64,000 nt of DNA from positions 512,001 through 576,000 of the forward strand of contig CAWGMA010000002.1 in the NCBI GenBank assembly GCA_963823555.1, read 5' to 3'. Origin of the DNA: Candidatus Eiseniibacteriota bacterium (lineage in GTDB: Bacteria > Eisenbacteria > RBG-16-71-46 > CAVPCR01). Position numbers and translations under genes: made by a program. This document shows, piece by piece, positions 1 to 8,897 of the stretch; position 1 is the first letter of the stretch, and every line of letters begins with the position of its first letter. The notes beneath the pieces are model-generated. The model had not been told where the DNA came from. It did no database searches and saw only the letters and a list, made by a program, of their open reading frames with translations.

Positions 1-23
1 TCCCGTCTGAGGAGGCGAAGGCC

Positions 24-1358
24 ATGCGACTGCTTGCCGCCCGTTCTTTCCGCGGCGCTTCCGGCTCCTTCCGTGTCCCGCCGCCTCTCGCGCTCCTGGT
101 CATCCTCGCTCTCACTCTCCCGGTCGCAGCCGGGGCCGCCACCTACATCGTCAAGCCGGATGGAACGGGGGATCTTCCCACCATAGAAGCTGCTGTCGCC
201 GTCGCGTCACATGGGGATGTGATCGAGCTGACCGACGGCGTCTTCACCGGTGCCGGGAACCGCGACATCGACTACGCCGGGAAGGCGGTCACCATTCGTT
301 CACAGAGCGGCGATCCAGCAGCTTGCATCATCGATTGCGAGACTTCCCTCAATGCGCCGCATCGAGGATTTCTGTTTCAGAGCTCCGAGACGGCTGCCTC
401 CGTGCTCTCTGGAGTCACCATCACCAACGGTGGGAACGTCGACTGGTTCGATCCCCTTGGTTACGCGGGAGGGGCCATTTACTGCCAGGATGCGTCACCC
501 GCTATCGTCAACTGCTGGCTTATCGGCAACGGCGCCCACGCTGGGGGAGGTATCTACTCGTCCGGAGGATCACCCCAGATCGTGGACTGCAAGATCGAGA
601 GCAACTCGGCCACACACGCCCTCGGGGGCGGAGGCGGTGGCGGTATTCTGTGCGCGGGCGGGGCTCCCATCATCCGCAGTTGCACGGTCGTCCTGAACAG
701 CACGGGTGCCAACTTCGTCGGCCATGGCGCCGGGATCCATATCGATCACTCGGCGGCCGTCGTCGAGGACTGTGTTGTTGCCGGTAACTTCGGTGACGGC
801 AGCGGGGGAGGCATCGCCTGTTCATTCAGCGACCTGGAGGTCGTGATCTCCCGCTGCGTCGTGAGCGGAAACATGGCCTACTGGCAGGGTGGGGGCCTAT
901 CCGCCCGGGGCCCGGTGCGGATCGAGCACTCCACCCTCGCCGGGAATTTCTCTGCGGGTATCGACGGTGGCGGCGGCGTCGCCGTCCGTCAAGCCCATGT
1001 CGAGAACACGATCGTCTGGAACAACTGCACTCACGATGGCGTTGCGAATCAAATCTCCGTGTCCGATGCAGTCACGTTGGAGTGCAGCGCGGTCGATCCC
1101 AACGGCGTCGCCGGACCAGGGACCGTGACCTACATGGGTGACAATGTCTTCACGGACCCGCTGTTCTGCGCTCCTGCCCAGTGTTCCGATCAGGGTGGAA
1201 CCACGGAAGGCGACTATTCGATCGGCGAGAGCTCCCCGTGTGCCCCGGCCAATTCACCAGGAACTTGCGGCCTTATCGGAGCGTTGTCGGCGGGGTGTAC
1301 CAGTACGGTCGAGCACGCCACCTGGGGTGAAATCAAGGGGCGCTACAGGACCCGATAA
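24..1358 (+). CDS. Secreted right-handed parallel beta-helix repeat protein (Pmp-like GGAI/GGGI repeats) with C-terminal TWGxIKxxY tail
   Basis: GGAGG RBS just upstream; hydrophobic signal peptide ending ...VAAGA; repeated 'N.A..GGGI.C' units; DPLFC...CGLIGALSAGC cap followed by VEHATWGEIKGRYR. Confidence 0.85.
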   Translation: MRLLAARSFRGASGSFRVPPPLALLVILALTLPVAAGAATYIVKPDGTGDLPTIEAAVAVASHGDVIELTDGVFTGAGNRDIDYAGKAVTIRSQSGDPAACIIDCETSLNAPHRGFLFQSSETAASVLSGVTITNGGNVDWFDPLGYAGGAIYCQDASPAIVNCWLIGNGAHAGGGIYSSGGSPQIVDCKIESNSATHALGGGGGGGILCAGGAPIIRSCTVVLNSTGANFVGHGAGIHIDHSAAVVEDCVVAGNFGDGSGGGIACSFSDLEVVISRCVVSGNMAYWQGGGLSARGPVRIEHSTLAGNFSAGIDGGGGVAVRQAHVENTIVWNNCTHDGVANQISVSDAVTLECSAVDPNGVAGPGTVTYMGDNVFTDPLFCAPAQCSDQGGTTEGDYSIGESSPCAPANSPGTCGLIGALSAGCTSTVEHATWGEIKGRYRTR

Positions 1359-1415
1359 GGGCGCGGACTCGGCGCCCCCCGCCCCGATGTTCCAGTGGTG
1401 CCGAGGGCGCTACCA

Positions 1416-2189
1416 CTACAGCCGCAAGACGACCGATGCCACGGCGTAGTGCAGCCAGGCGAAGTTGTATACCTCCTCGACATCCGCTCCGCCCTCGACC
1501 GTCCGGTAGCCGGCGCGCACGCCCCAGCGGTCATCGATCTCGTAGCCGATCTTGACGGTGACGTCCTCGGCGCGACCGGGGCCGCCGGCGAGCGCATCGG
1601 CATCCACCAGGGCCAGCCATCGTTCCGTGAAGCGGTAGTGGCCAGCAATGTGGAGCAGCGGGACGAATCCCACATCGGTCTTCCGCGACGAGGTGTCCCC
1701 CTGCTCGAGCTTGATCTCGGCATCGCGGATCTTGGCTGTGAAGCCGATCCACCAGTCCCATTGCTCGCCGTCGTAGAACCGGTACCTGTAGGTGAGGCGC
1801 CACGAGTTGAACCGATACGTGGCATCGGTGGGGTCGCCGGCAGCGAAGGTGACGCCCTCGAACTGCACGGGCTCATCCAGGAGCCCAGTCCCTGTGATCG
1901 AGAGCGGCGCCGCGAGGGCGCGGAGTCCGTGCCGGCGGTTGATGTTCCAGGTCGCATAGAGCCTGGCCGCCGGTGCCGGGCCGCTGCCGATGACGTCAAC
2001 AAGAGAGAAGCGGGTTCCCTCCTCCGTGTTCGGGATCTGGACCTCATTCCGGCTCTGCCAGACCGGTCCACCTTCGAGCTCGAACTCGAAGCGGGGGGTG
2101 GGAGTCTCCGTCGGGTGTGCGGGTCGCGGCGATATCGCCAAGACGACCATGACGAGCAGGAGACTTCGGGGAATCGATGTGTTTCGCAT
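1416..2189 (-). CDS. Outer-membrane beta-barrel protein (hypothetical)
   Basis: Signal peptide (MRNTSIPRSLLLVMVVLA); alternating aromatic/hydrophobic beta-strands (WRLTYRYRF, VKIGYEI, WGVRAGYR); GAAAGGTGG RBS before ATG 2189. Confidence 0.7.
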   Translation of the reverse strand: MRNTSIPRSLLLVMVVLAISPRPAHPTETPTPRFEFELEGGPVWQSRNEVQIPNTEEGTRFSLVDVIGSGPAPAARLYATWNINRRHGLRALAAPLSITGTGLLDEPVQFEGVTFAAGDPTDATYRFNSWRLTYRYRFYDGEQWDWWIGFTAKIRDAEIKLEQGDTSSRKTDVGFVPLLHIAGHYRFTERWLALVDADALAGGPGRAEDVTVKIGYEIDDRWGVRAGYRTVEGGADVEEVYNFAWLHYAVASVVLRL

Positions 2190-3600
2190 GCCGACCACCT
2201 TTCCGCGGCCTGATCAGGTTCGAAGGAGCGGGGGGGGGGGAACCAGGTGCGACCCGCATCCCGGCGATGGCGAGCGTGGGCGCGGCGATCGAGCCATCCC
2301 AGGCGAGGTCGTGGCCGAGTGCTGTGAGCTCGCGGAGCATGTCCGGTAGCCGGCCGGCGACCAGCACGCCGGCGACCGCCGGGCCGGGCATGCCGTCCAC
2401 GATGAGCTGCCCCGCCGCGCGCAGCACATAGCTCCCGCTCCGGAGATCGAGCGGTCGCTCGCGCGCAGCGCGCAGCAGCAGGAAACCCCGCGGGATGGTG
2501 GCCATGATCTCGGCCGGGGTGAGATGCCCGGGGGTCAGGATCAGGTTCCGCGGGCCGATCGCGGGCGGCGAGCGGAAGCTCGCGCGCACGGCGTTCCCGG
2601 TCGAGCGCGTGCCGAGCCGGGCGGCCGCCGTCGCGTCGGCGAGAAAACCGGCGAGCCGGCCGCCGACGAGCGGATGGTGATAGGCGCACGGCGTGCCCTC
2701 GTCATCGGCGGGCGCGCTACCGAGACCGCCGGGGAGCGTGCCGTCATCGATCACGTTCCAGAGGTCGTTGCCCACGCGTTCCCCCAGCCGGCCGGCGAGG
2801 AACGAGGTCTTCCTGGCGATGTTCGATCCGGAGAGGGCCTGGGCGAGCGCGGCGAGGAGGTCGGCTGCGATATCGGGGGGGAAGACGACGGTCATCGCGG
2901 CCCGCGCCGGCCCTTGTTTCTGCGGAAACATCCCGGCGTCGCGGAGCGCCATCGCCCGCGTGGCCAGAGCTGGTCCGAGCCCGGCTGTCGCCAGGTCGGC
3001 GAGGCGGCGGCTCGAGCGGCGGCCTGCCGCCCAGGCTTCGGCGTTGCCGGTCGCGGCCACGAGGCCGGCGATCCCGAGCTTTCCCGCCGTGTAGGCCACA
3101 CGCACGCCGCGCGTCGAGGCGAGATGGATCTCGCTCACGCGATCCTCGTAGCGGAAATCGGCGCGGGCGAGATCCGCCCCGGCCCGAGCGGATGCCGCCT
3201 CACCGCGCAGGAGATCCAGCTTCCAGGCGAGAGGAGTGCCGATGAGCGCGGCATCGAGGAGCGCAAGAGCCTCGACCGGAATCGTCATCGTCGCCGCGGG
3301 CAGCGTCCCGGCGGGAACAGCGGTTCCGCGCCGTGCGCGGGCCACGGCCCGCGCCGCTGCGCCGGCGATCGCCTTCGCGCTGCAGGGCGCGGTTGCGAGA
3401 AAGCCGAGGCGTCCTCCGACCAGAACGCGCAGGCCGAGGCCGGTCTCCACCTTCACCTCGGTTCCGGCCTCCTCGCCGGCGAGCTGGATCGTCGTGGTGC
3501 GCGTGTGCTCGACGTATGCCTCGGCGTCGCTGGCGCCGGCGGCCAGCGCGGCATCGATGGCGCCATCGGCCAGGGCCCGAAGATCGGGTTCAGTATGCAC
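2044..3600 (-). CDS. pmbA: TldD/PmbA family protein, PmbA/TldE (non-catalytic) type; true 3' end probably about 2214
   Basis: AEAYVE N-terminus, GLGLRV, SFLAGRLGERV, DDGTLPGGLGSAPADDEG, STGNA, APTL; no HExxxH motif; the ORF overruns the next gene after a G11 tract at 2230-2240. Confidence 0.8.
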   Translation of the reverse strand: MHTEPDLRALADGAIDAALAAGASDAEAYVEHTRTTTIQLAGEEAGTEVKVETGLGLRVLVGGRLGFLATAPCSAKAIAGAAARAVARARRGTAVPAGTLPAATMTIPVEALALLDAALIGTPLAWKLDLLRGEAASARAGADLARADFRYEDRVSEIHLASTRGVRVAYTAGKLGIAGLVAATGNAEAWAAGRRSSRRLADLATAGLGPALATRAMALRDAGMFPQKQGPARAAMTVVFPPDIAADLLAALAQALSGSNIARKTSFLAGRLGERVGNDLWNVIDDGTLPGGLGSAPADDEGTPCAYHHPLVGGRLAGFLADATAAARLGTRSTGNAVRASFRSPPAIGPRNLILTPGHLTPAEIMATIPRGFLLLRAARERPLDLRSGSYVLRAAGQLIVDGMPGPAVAGVLVAGRLPDMLRELTALGHDLAWDGSIAAPTLAIAGMRVAPGSPPPAPSNLIRPRKGGRHAKHIDSPKSPARHGRLGDIAATRTPDGDSHPPLRVRARRWTGLAEPE

Positions 3601-3819
3601 GGAGTCCTCTTACCTCACCTCGATGGACTGGTCAGCGCAGACCTTATCACGCCCGGGCCGGCCGCCGGTGCAGGCCTTGCCTCGGTCCCGGTAGCCGCGT
3701 ATCTTCTACCCGTCGGCCGAGGTCCTGACCCCAGGACTCGTCCCGCGGCCGGCCGCTGCGAGTCGACCCATGCCGCCCGCCTGCCGCCCGGCCGGCGATC
3801 CAACGCCAGGTGACCTGTC

Positions 3820-4893
3820 ATGGACAACGAAAAGCCGACGTCCCCCCCCTCACGCCCGCCCAGGGCGGTCGCTCTCCTCTCCGGCGGGCTCGACTCCACC
3901 CTCGCCGTGCGTATGCTCAGGGAACAGGGAGTCGAGGTCCATGCCGTCAACTTCAACACCGGCTTCTGCCTCACCGATCACGCGCGCAAGGTGCGGAAGC
4001 CGGAGGACATGAAGAAGCTCCGCAACGAGGCGCTCAGGGCCGGGGCGGACCTCGACGTCGAGGTCGAGATCATCGACATCTCGAAGGAGTACCTCGACAT
4101 CCTGACCAACCCCAAGCACGGCTACGGCTCGGCCGCCAATCCCTGTATCGACTGCCGCATCTTCATGCTCAAGAAGGCGCGCGAGCGGATGGAGGAGATC
4201 GGCGCCGATTTCGTCGCCACCGGGGAGGTGCTCGGGCAGCGGCCGATGAGCCAGATGCGTCCGGTCATGAACCTGATCGAGCGTGAATCGGGGCTCAAGG
4301 GGAAGCTCCTGCGCCCCCTCTCGGCCCAGCATCTGCCGCCGACCGAGCCCGAGCAGCAGGGCCTCGTCGACCGCGCAGAGCTCGGTGCCCTCCGCGGGCG
4401 CACGCGCGCCGGCCAGATGGAGCTCGCCGCCAAGTTCGGTATCGACGACTTCCCGCAGCCCGCCGGCGGCTGCTGCTTCCTGACCGACCAGAACTATGCG
4501 AAGAAGTTCCGCGACTTCATGGCGCACTGGGATGGCGCGCGCGAGCTCAAGCTCGAGGACTTCCTGATTCTCAAGGTCGGGCGTCACTTCCGGCTGTCGC
4601 CACGCGTGCGCGCCATCGTCGGGCGCATGGAAGGCGAGAACAAGTTCCTCTCGTACTTCGCTGCCGGACACTGGCTCCTGACGACCCCCGATCTCCCGGG
4701 ACCCACGACCTGGGTCGACGGCGATCCCGACGAGGCCGAGTTCGCCAAGCTCGCCGCGATCACCGCGCGCTACTCCGATTGTCCGGACGGGGTGGCGACG
4801 CGCATCCTCGCCGAGCGTGATGCAGAGACCCGCGAGTTCACTGCGGAAGGCGGCATGAGTCTCCGCGAGCTCGACCGCTACCGCATCCAGTGA
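3820..4893 (+). CDS. PP-loop tRNA thiolation-like enzyme (MnmA/ThiI-related) with C-terminal DUF814/NFACT-R-like domain
   Basis: LLSGGLDS PP-loop, NPCIDCRIFM, ATGEVLGQRPMSQ, LLRPLSA, PAGGCCFLTD, GRHFRL, VGR..EN; directly followed by tusA. Confidence 0.8.
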   Translation: MDNEKPTSPPSRPPRAVALLSGGLDSTLAVRMLREQGVEVHAVNFNTGFCLTDHARKVRKPEDMKKLRNEALRAGADLDVEVEIIDISKEYLDILTNPKHGYGSAANPCIDCRIFMLKKARERMEEIGADFVATGEVLGQRPMSQMRPVMNLIERESGLKGKLLRPLSAQHLPPTEPEQQGLVDRAELGALRGRTRAGQMELAAKFGIDDFPQPAGGCCFLTDQNYAKKFRDFMAHWDGARELKLEDFLILKVGRHFRLSPRVRAIVGRMEGENKFLSYFAAGHWLLTTPDLPGPTTWVDGDPDEAEFAKLAAITARYSDCPDGVATRILAERDAETREFTAEGGMSLRELDRYRIQ

Positions 4894-4913
4894 GGCCGGA
4901 GCCTCGTTCCGAC

Positions 4914-5165
4914 ATGAACGATCCAGCAACCATCCATCCCGATCGCACGATCGACACCAACGGGTTCTTCTGTCCGGTGCCCATCATCAAGACCGCCAAC
5001 GCGGTGAAGGAGATGGCGGTCGGTGAGGTGCTGCTGGTCATTGCCGACGACCGCGGCGTGCTCGTCGATATGCCGGCCTGGTGCAAGATGATGAAGCACG
5101 AGCTCCTCGCCATGGTCGAGGAGGGGGATCTGATCCGGGCCTGGGTCCGGAAGGTTCATGCGTAG
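4914..5165 (+). CDS. tusA: Sulfurtransferase TusA family sulfur carrier
   Basis: IDTNGFFCPVPIIKT (D..G..CPxP), GEVLLVIADD, DMPAWC; about 83 aa; alternative GTG start at 4890. Confidence 0.9.
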   Translation: MNDPATIHPDRTIDTNGFFCPVPIIKTANAVKEMAVGEVLLVIADDRGVLVDMPAWCKMMKHELLAMVEEGDLIRAWVRKVHA

Positions 5166-5216
5166 CGGGGAAGACGTCCTGTCGCGAGGATCGGGACGAC
5201 AAGCCTGCCGGCGAGG

Positions 5217-5387
5217 TCAGACCTGCTGCATCGCCGTCGAGACGATATCCCACAGGCGGCCGATGATCGGGCTGATCGCCATCAGGGCGATGAGAGCGGC
5301 GATCGAGATCAAGGCGGCGATGAGACCGTATTCCATCATATCGGCGCCTTCATCGTTGGCGATCAATCGGCGAAGGTGTGTGAGCAT
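5217..5387 (-). CDS. flp: Flp/Fap type IVb pilin (56 aa)
   Basis: MLTHLRRLIANDEG|ADMMEYGLIAALISIAALIAL: prepilin G-xxxx-EY motif plus hydrophobic helix; AGGTGG upstream of ATG 5387. Confidence 0.9.
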   Translation of the reverse strand: MLTHLRRLIANDEGADMMEYGLIAALISIAALIALMAISPIIGRLWDIVSTAMQQV

Positions 5388-5469
5388 GATCCACCTGCGG
5401 GTTGCGTTCGTTTCTTGAGTCCGGGACCAACCCTCGATCCGGAGCTGTGGCGCGAACCCTAGCTCCTCT

Positions 5470-5485
5470 TGCAAGGGAGGGGCCA
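5470..5485 (-). promoter_or_regulatory. Putative sigma54 (-24/-12) promoter for flp
   Basis: Minus strand reads TGGC-CCCTCCC-TTGCA, the exact TGGC-N7-TTGC spacing, about 83 nt upstream of the flp start. Confidence 0.65.
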
Positions 5486-5728
5486 GACCGTTGCGCTGCG
5501 ACAGCAGAACGCATTGTGATCCCGGCCGGTGCTTTGAATCGCATATTGCATGAGTCCTTGGTGGATTCTGCAAGCGGGCCGCTCCGATTGCATGTTCTGC
5601 ATCAGGTCGGAGCGCCTGTTCCACGATGAAGACCGGCGGGCCGGGAGCTGGATCACGAACGCCGGGAATCTGGCCGATAGCCCCGGGAGACAGCCATTTC
5701 CGGCCGTCCATCCACCACGGCGCTGCCC

Positions 5729-7330
5729 TTGAATTCGCTTGCCGACAAACAGGTTGCCGGGCCCCCGCGAGCGAGCGGCGGCCGTTCCATCCCGCGCCCA
5801 GAGAGGGTCAGCCGTCGCTTTGCCCAGGTCGGCCGGCGGCAACGCGTTCTCCTCGCCGTCACGCTCTCCGGCCTGGTGTCCCTCGCCATCGCCTATGCGT
5901 TCACCGCACCGCGTCTGGCGGCCACACCGATCGTCTCCGTTCACGCCGTCTTGCTGGCCGCGGCGGCTCTCATCGGCATCACGCTGGTCTTCTCCGCCTA
6001 CGTCCTCGCCAAGCATGGAGAGCTCGAGACCCTGCGCCGCCTCGAGGAGAGCGAGCGCGCCGAGCGTGACGCCCTTCGCGTGCGCCTGGCGGAGATCGCG
6101 GCGCTTTTCGATGCGGCCATTCTCTTGAGTCTGCATCCCGATGTCGGGCGCATGCTGAAGCTCGTGTGCACGCGCGTCGTCGCCGCCCTCGATGCCGACC
6201 TGGCTTCGGTGTTCCTGGCCGATGGCGACGGACCGCTCGAGCTCCGGGCGGCGCACGGCCGCGAGCAGCATGTGGTGACCGGTGCCGAGCTGCGGGCCGG
6301 CTCGGGGCCGCTGGGGGAGGTGGCGCTCATCGGGAAGCCGCTCCACATCGCCGGGGCGGATCTGGCCACCGGGGTGCGCGGCGAGCGAGCCCTCTCCGAT
6401 CTGCCCGTGGTCGCTGCCTTCCCGGTGCGCAGCGGACCGCGCATCGCGGGGGTGCTCGTGGTCGGCGGCGGCCGGGTGCTCGCCGAGGAGACGACGCTCA
6501 CGGCCCTCGGGCTCTTCGCCGACAGCCTGGGCGCGGCGCTGGCCCGTGTCGAGCGCGAGCGGCGCGCCGACGGGCGGAACCTGACCCTCGAACGAGCCAA
6601 TCGCGAGCTCGTCGAGCACCATCGCCAGTCCGAGATCTTCCTCGCCACCGCCACTCACGAGCTACGCACACCGCTCTCCGGCATCGTCTCCTACTCGGAA
6701 GTCCTCGCCGACTACTACGACACGATCGCCGACGACGAGCGACGCTGGCTGGCGTCGGCGCTCAATCACCAGTGCAAGGCGCTGATGGGACTCGTCGACG
6801 AGCTCTTCGATTTCGCCCGTCTGCAGAGCGGTCGGCTGACGCTCGATGCCGAGCTGGTGCGGGTGCACGAGATCGTGGCCTCGGCCTGCGATGTGGTCCA
6901 GCCCGCGGCCCGGGAGCTCGGGATCACGATCGAGCGCCAGCTCGCCGACCTCGGCCCGGTGATGCTCGACCCGACCAAGATCCGGCAGTGCGTCCTCAAC
7001 CTGCTCTCCAATGCCATCAAGTTCACCGAGCCGAGGAGCACCGTCACCGTCCGTCTGAGCGCCGCCGCGCAGGGCATCGAGGTCGCGGTCACCGACACCG
7101 GTCCCGGGATCCCGGAGCACGAGGTCGAGCGCATCTTCGAGATCTTCCACTCCGGACCGGCGCGCCGCGGGACGAAGAGCCTCGGGCTCGGGCTCTATCT
7201 CGTGAAGAGCATCATCGAGCTCCACGGCGGGACGGTGGCGGTGAAGAGCCAGCCCGGGATGGGCTCGACCTTCGCCTTCACGCTGCCCTGGGCTCCGCCC
7301 GCCCACCAGGAGGCCCCCGCGGCGGCATAG
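5729..7330 (+). CDS. Membrane sensor histidine kinase (2 TM + GAF + HisKA + HATPase_c)
   Basis: H-box ATHELRTPL, N-box NLLSNAIKF, G1 DTGPGI, G2 LGLGL, GSTFAFTLP; two N-terminal hydrophobic helices; start uncertain (TTG). Confidence 0.9.
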   Translation: MNSLADKQVAGPPRASGGRSIPRPERVSRRFAQVGRRQRVLLAVTLSGLVSLAIAYAFTAPRLAATPIVSVHAVLLAAAALIGITLVFSAYVLAKHGELETLRRLEESERAERDALRVRLAEIAALFDAAILLSLHPDVGRMLKLVCTRVVAALDADLASVFLADGDGPLELRAAHGREQHVVTGAELRAGSGPLGEVALIGKPLHIAGADLATGVRGERALSDLPVVAAFPVRSGPRIAGVLVVGGGRVLAEETTLTALGLFADSLGAALARVERERRADGRNLTLERANRELVEHHRQSEIFLATATHELRTPLSGIVSYSEVLADYYDTIADDERRWLASALNHQCKALMGLVDELFDFARLQSGRLTLDAELVRVHEIVASACDVVQPAARELGITIERQLADLGPVMLDPTKIRQCVLNLLSNAIKFTEPRSTVTVRLSAAAQGIEVAVTDTGPGIPEHEVERIFEIFHSGPARRGTKSLGLGLYLVKSIIELHGGTVAVKSQPGMGSTFAFTLPWAPPAHQEAPAAA

Positions 7331-7375
7331 GACAGCGGTCCTGCGCAGCGGACGCGCTCGACGGTCCGCATCCGG

Positions 7376-8011
7376 CTAGAACAGCTTGCCGGTGAGGATC
7401 GTCACGTAGTCCTTGAGGAAGATGACGCGCTGGACGAGGAGAGCGACACGGCCCATCACCGTGAGACCGAACCCGGCGCCGAAGCCGACCATCAGCGTGT
7501 AGATGCCGACCCGCGACGCGGTGCCGAGAAGTCCGGTGTGGTGCTTGGAGAAGAAGAAGTAGGAGAGCGAGCAGACGAGACCGACCAGGGCGAGGAAGAA
7601 GTTGAGCCCGCCGAGCGACGCCGTCACCGGGCGGATGGTGCCCTCGACCTGCAGGAAGACTCCGGTCTTGAAGGCCAGCGGGATGAAAACACCGGTCGAG
7701 ATCCCGATGTAGAAAGCGAGCGCGTACCGGGAGAGCCAGCCCTGGCGCGGCGAGAGACGGAACCACATGAGCACGCCGAGGGCCACCGGGATCAGATAAT
7801 GCCACTGGTGATGCTGGGCGATGGGCACCCACACCTTGTCCCAGAAGCTGGTCCAGAAGAGCAGCATCGTCCAGTAGCCGGTGGTGATGCCGACCCATAG
7901 CCGCTCCACGAACTTGTAGATCGGGTTGTCGCCGATCAGGAACGAGAAGATGGCGAGCGTGACGAAGGCGGCCAGCGTCTGCCAGGCGAGAACGTCCCAG
8001 GTCGGTTCCAT
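7376..8011 (-). CDS. Uncharacterised integral membrane protein (about 6 TM), 4th gene of membrane operon
   Basis: Almost entirely hydrophobic helices; FSFLIGDNPIYKFVE, LSYFFFS, GFGAGFGLTVMGR; 4-nt gap to upstream gene. Confidence 0.8.
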   Translation of the reverse strand: MEPTWDVLAWQTLAAFVTLAIFSFLIGDNPIYKFVERLWVGITTGYWTMLLFWTSFWDKVWVPIAQHHQWHYLIPVALGVLMWFRLSPRQGWLSRYALAFYIGISTGVFIPLAFKTGVFLQVEGTIRPVTASLGGLNFFLALVGLVCSLSYFFFSKHHTGLLGTASRVGIYTLMVGFGAGFGLTVMGRVALLVQRVIFLKDYVTILTGKLF

Positions 8012-8015
8012 ATTC

Positions 8016-8876
8016 CTACCTCGCCCCCATGGCGCGCTTGCGCGCCCGCCGCTGCGCCACGTAGGCGATGTTGGTGAGCACCATGAACACGATGATCACG
8101 AGGTGGGTCGTCATCTGGTAGGGCATCCCGCGCGAGCCCTGGCCACGGTGTCCGGTGAGCATCTCGTACTCGGCGGCACCCTTCATGCCCGGGATGAGCC
8201 CGAAGATCTGCCCGGACTGGAGATAGGGGTAGTAATCGGAGGCCATGACGCCCGTCACCCCGAGGGCGACGGGGACCCCGTACTTGGCGTTGCCATAGGT
8301 GATCCACATGTCGGCGACGTTGCCGCCGGCGAGCGAGACCACCCCCTTCACGTTCCGGTAGTTGTGGATGTCCTCCATCATGGGGATCGAGTCGACCGGC
8401 GTGCCGTAGTAGTCGGTGGGGAACGGCACGCGGAAGTCGGTGCCCATGGCGAGGATGGTGATCGCCGGGTAGGGCTTGTAGCCGAGGAAGGCGTAGTCGA
8501 TGTTGCGCTCTTTGCCCTCGTCCGTGGCCACGCGCACGATCAGCTCCTCGGCCATCGCCGGTCCGAACTGCGAGAGCGCCGTGATGACCACGCGCGCCCC
8601 CCGCTGGAAGGCCTGGCGGAGGATGGCCTCCGCCATCGGGTGGAGCTCGGCGAGCGTCGAGGGGTCGTAGTCGATGGCGAGGAAGAGGTTGTCTCCCGGC
8701 TCGAGCGCCTCCACGAACTCGTAGACGTCCCGGACCTCGCTCGAGATGCCGGTCGGAACGCTGAAGCGCAGCACCGCCGGGAGGAGAACGGCGACCCCCA
8801 GGATGAAGTAGATCCAGCGGCGATCCACCACCAGCATCTTGTCGTACCAGCGAGAAGTCTCGGGGCGCGCTTCCAT
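8016..8876 (-). CDS. Uncharacterised membrane-anchored protein (TM - soluble alpha/beta domain - TM), 3rd gene of operon
   Basis: DRRWIY + TM, AIDYDPSTLAELHPM, YYPYLQSGQIFGLIPGMKGAAEYE, C-terminal TM; GGAG RBS. Confidence 0.8.
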   Translation of the reverse strand: MEARPETSRWYDKMLVVDRRWIYFILGVAVLLPAVLRFSVPTGISSEVRDVYEFVEALEPGDNLFLAIDYDPSTLAELHPMAEAILRQAFQRGARVVITALSQFGPAMAEELIVRVATDEGKERNIDYAFLGYKPYPAITILAMGTDFRVPFPTDYYGTPVDSIPMMEDIHNYRNVKGVVSLAGGNVADMWITYGNAKYGVPVALGVTGVMASDYYPYLQSGQIFGLIPGMKGAAEYEMLTGHRGQGSRGMPYQMTTHLVIIVFMVLTNIAYVAQRRARKRAMGAR

Positions 8877-8897
8877 CGGGTTCTACTCCTCCACCAC

